Shown: one piece after another, positions 62,358-64,000 of the stretch
How positions within the stretch are numbered: the stretch's first letter is position 1
Layout of the letters: the number at the start of each line of letters is the position of its first letter
Assembly: GCF_018977255.1 (NCBI RefSeq)
Contig: NW_024704743.1
Location: forward strand, 55,554,001 to 55,618,000
Reading direction: 5' to 3'
Source: Callorhinchus milii
Lineage: Eukaryota
DNA: 64,000 nt
Translations under genes and position numbers: made by a program
The notes under the pieces: generated by a model
The model's input: the letters and a program-made list of their open reading frames with translations, nothing else
Told to the model about the DNA's origin: nothing
The model's database searches: none

Positions 62358-63245
62358 CAACAACAACAGATTACATTACTTAGTGCCTTTCACGTGGTGA
62401 GGACATCTCAAAGCACTGGACAGTCAAACATTTGTATGCGTGCAGGGGGTTGGATCAGGAAGGGGTGGAGGGTAGGGGTAGGAGGGTGGCCAAAGGCGCA
62501 ATTGAAGAGTGGAGTCTTGAGACATGCTTTGAAGGAAGCAAGGGAGGTAACAAGGCAATGGGACTGTGGGATAGAGTTCCAAAGGGTGGGGGCACAGAGG
62601 CTGAAGGTCCAACCTCTGATGGTTGGGCGGTCCAGCTAGGGTCATGGAGCAGGCCAGAGCCTGCAGAGTGGAGGGAATGGACAGGTTTATATGGCGTTAG
62701 CAGGTCACAGAATTAGGAAGGAGCAATGCCGTGGAGAGCTTTGAAGGCAACGACTAGGATTTTGAACTCTATCCTCTGGGGGATGGGGAGCCAGTAGAAC
62801 TGGGCGAGGGTGAAGGTGATAGGGTTACAGAACCTGGTGCGGGTGAGGACACGAGCTGCAGAGTTCTGTATGACCTGCAGCTTGTGGAGGGAGGAGTTGG
62901 GAAGGCTGACAAGCAGGAAGTTGGCAAAGTTGAGCCTAGATGTAATAAATGCGTGGATGAGGGTTTTGGCGGCCTGAGGGGCGAGGTAGTGGCGGAGCCG
63001 GGTGATGTTGCGGAGGTGGGGGAAGGCAGAGCAGGTCATGGCCTGGATGTTGGATAGAAAGGACCGTTAAGGGTCAAACAAGACTGCAAGGTTCTGGTCT
63101 GGCTCAGTGAGGTGGAGTGTGCAAGCATGGATGGTGATGCTGTCAGTGCCTGAGGTGTAGAGGTGATGACAGGAGCCAATCAGGAGAGCCTCGGTCTTGT
63201 CGATGTTCAACTGCAGAAAGTTGGCTCTCATCCAGGACTTGATGA
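62358..63245 (-). mobile_element. L2-clade LINE 3' portion (defective)
   Basis: IKSWMRANFLQLNIDKTEALLIG, KTLIHAFITSRLNFANFLL, IPQRIEFKILVVAFKALHGIAPS; (AAC)n tail at 62358. Confidence 0.92.
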
Positions 63246-63619
63246 GTGGAGTGAAGTGAAGAAAGCTCATAGCTATGATCCTGAATTTTATAAATTGGGC
63301 AATGTGGTTATGCTTAACTTGCATGTTAACTTGTGCTGTCTTTCAGATGAAATGTTAAACCTGTCTGTCTTTCTCAGATGGAAGTGAAAGATCCCATTGC
63401 ATTATTTGAAAAGAGAATGGTGTTTCTCCAGGTGTCCTGGCCAACAATTCCCCAAACAATATTGGTCATTCAATTCATGACTGTTAGGTCATTGCTGTGC
63501 AGAAATTAACTGCTGAGTTCTCCCACAAAACACACAATCTCTGCACTGTGAAGTGCTTTGGGATGTCCTCTTGACGTGAAGGTGCTAAACCAAATGTTAA
63601 GTATGATGGTTATTATTAT

Positions 63620-64000
63620 TCACGCCACATTTAACACCGCCCAAACCCTTGTCCATACCTTCTGCCTTGACCATTCCAATGCCCTCCTCACCGGTCTCCC
63701 CAACTCCACTACCCACAAACTACAACTGATTCAGAACTCTGCTGGCCATATACTCACCCACACTAAACTCTGTATCCCCTTCGAATCAATCCTCGCCAGG
63801 CTTCACTGGCTTCCTATCACAGAACAGATCAATTTCAAGATCCTCTCACTCGTCTACAAATTCCTTCATGCCTAGCACCTCCCTTTCCAACCTGCTTTCT
63901 CCCCACTCCACTCCGCGCTGCCTTTGCTCGCTGGCTCTGGCCTCCTGCTCGTCCCTCGTCCCCTCCGCTCCACCATCGGCAGTCATGCTTTTAGCCACTA
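63620..64000 (+). mobile_element. L2-clade LINE fragment running off the window end
   Basis: AQTLVHTFCLDHSNALLTGLP..LARLHWLPITEQINFKILSLVYK. Confidence 0.85.

Overview
Eukaryotic, intron-containing vertebrate DNA; not prokaryotic. The repeat content (L2 and CR1 LINEs, tRNA-derived and Deu-domain SINEs) suggests a cartilaginous fish, possibly a chimaera; this is an inference. The window covers the syntenic block LRRC72(-) / SOSTDC1(+) / CRPPA=ISPD(+). It holds the first three coding exons of LRRC72 on the minus strand (reconstructed by hand from splice sites; the ORF track misses them), the complete two-exon SOSTDC1 gene (219 aa) and the first three coding exons of CRPPA. Most other ORF-track entries are artefacts of minisatellites or decayed retroelements. 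The most notable observations are: a 27-nt LRRC72 first coding exon with two RFX X-boxes wedged between GC-rich minisatellite arrays; two SINE families that share their 3' stem-loop tail with the local L2 LINE; a ~270-bp direct duplication bracketing the CRPPA CpG-island promoter; a cluster of inverted repeats at 28-29.5 kb; an unclassified ~630-bp repeat; and strong out-of-frame competing splice donors after CRPPA exons 2 and 3. I found no convincing new protein-coding system. Repeat boundaries are approximate (about +/-20 bp).
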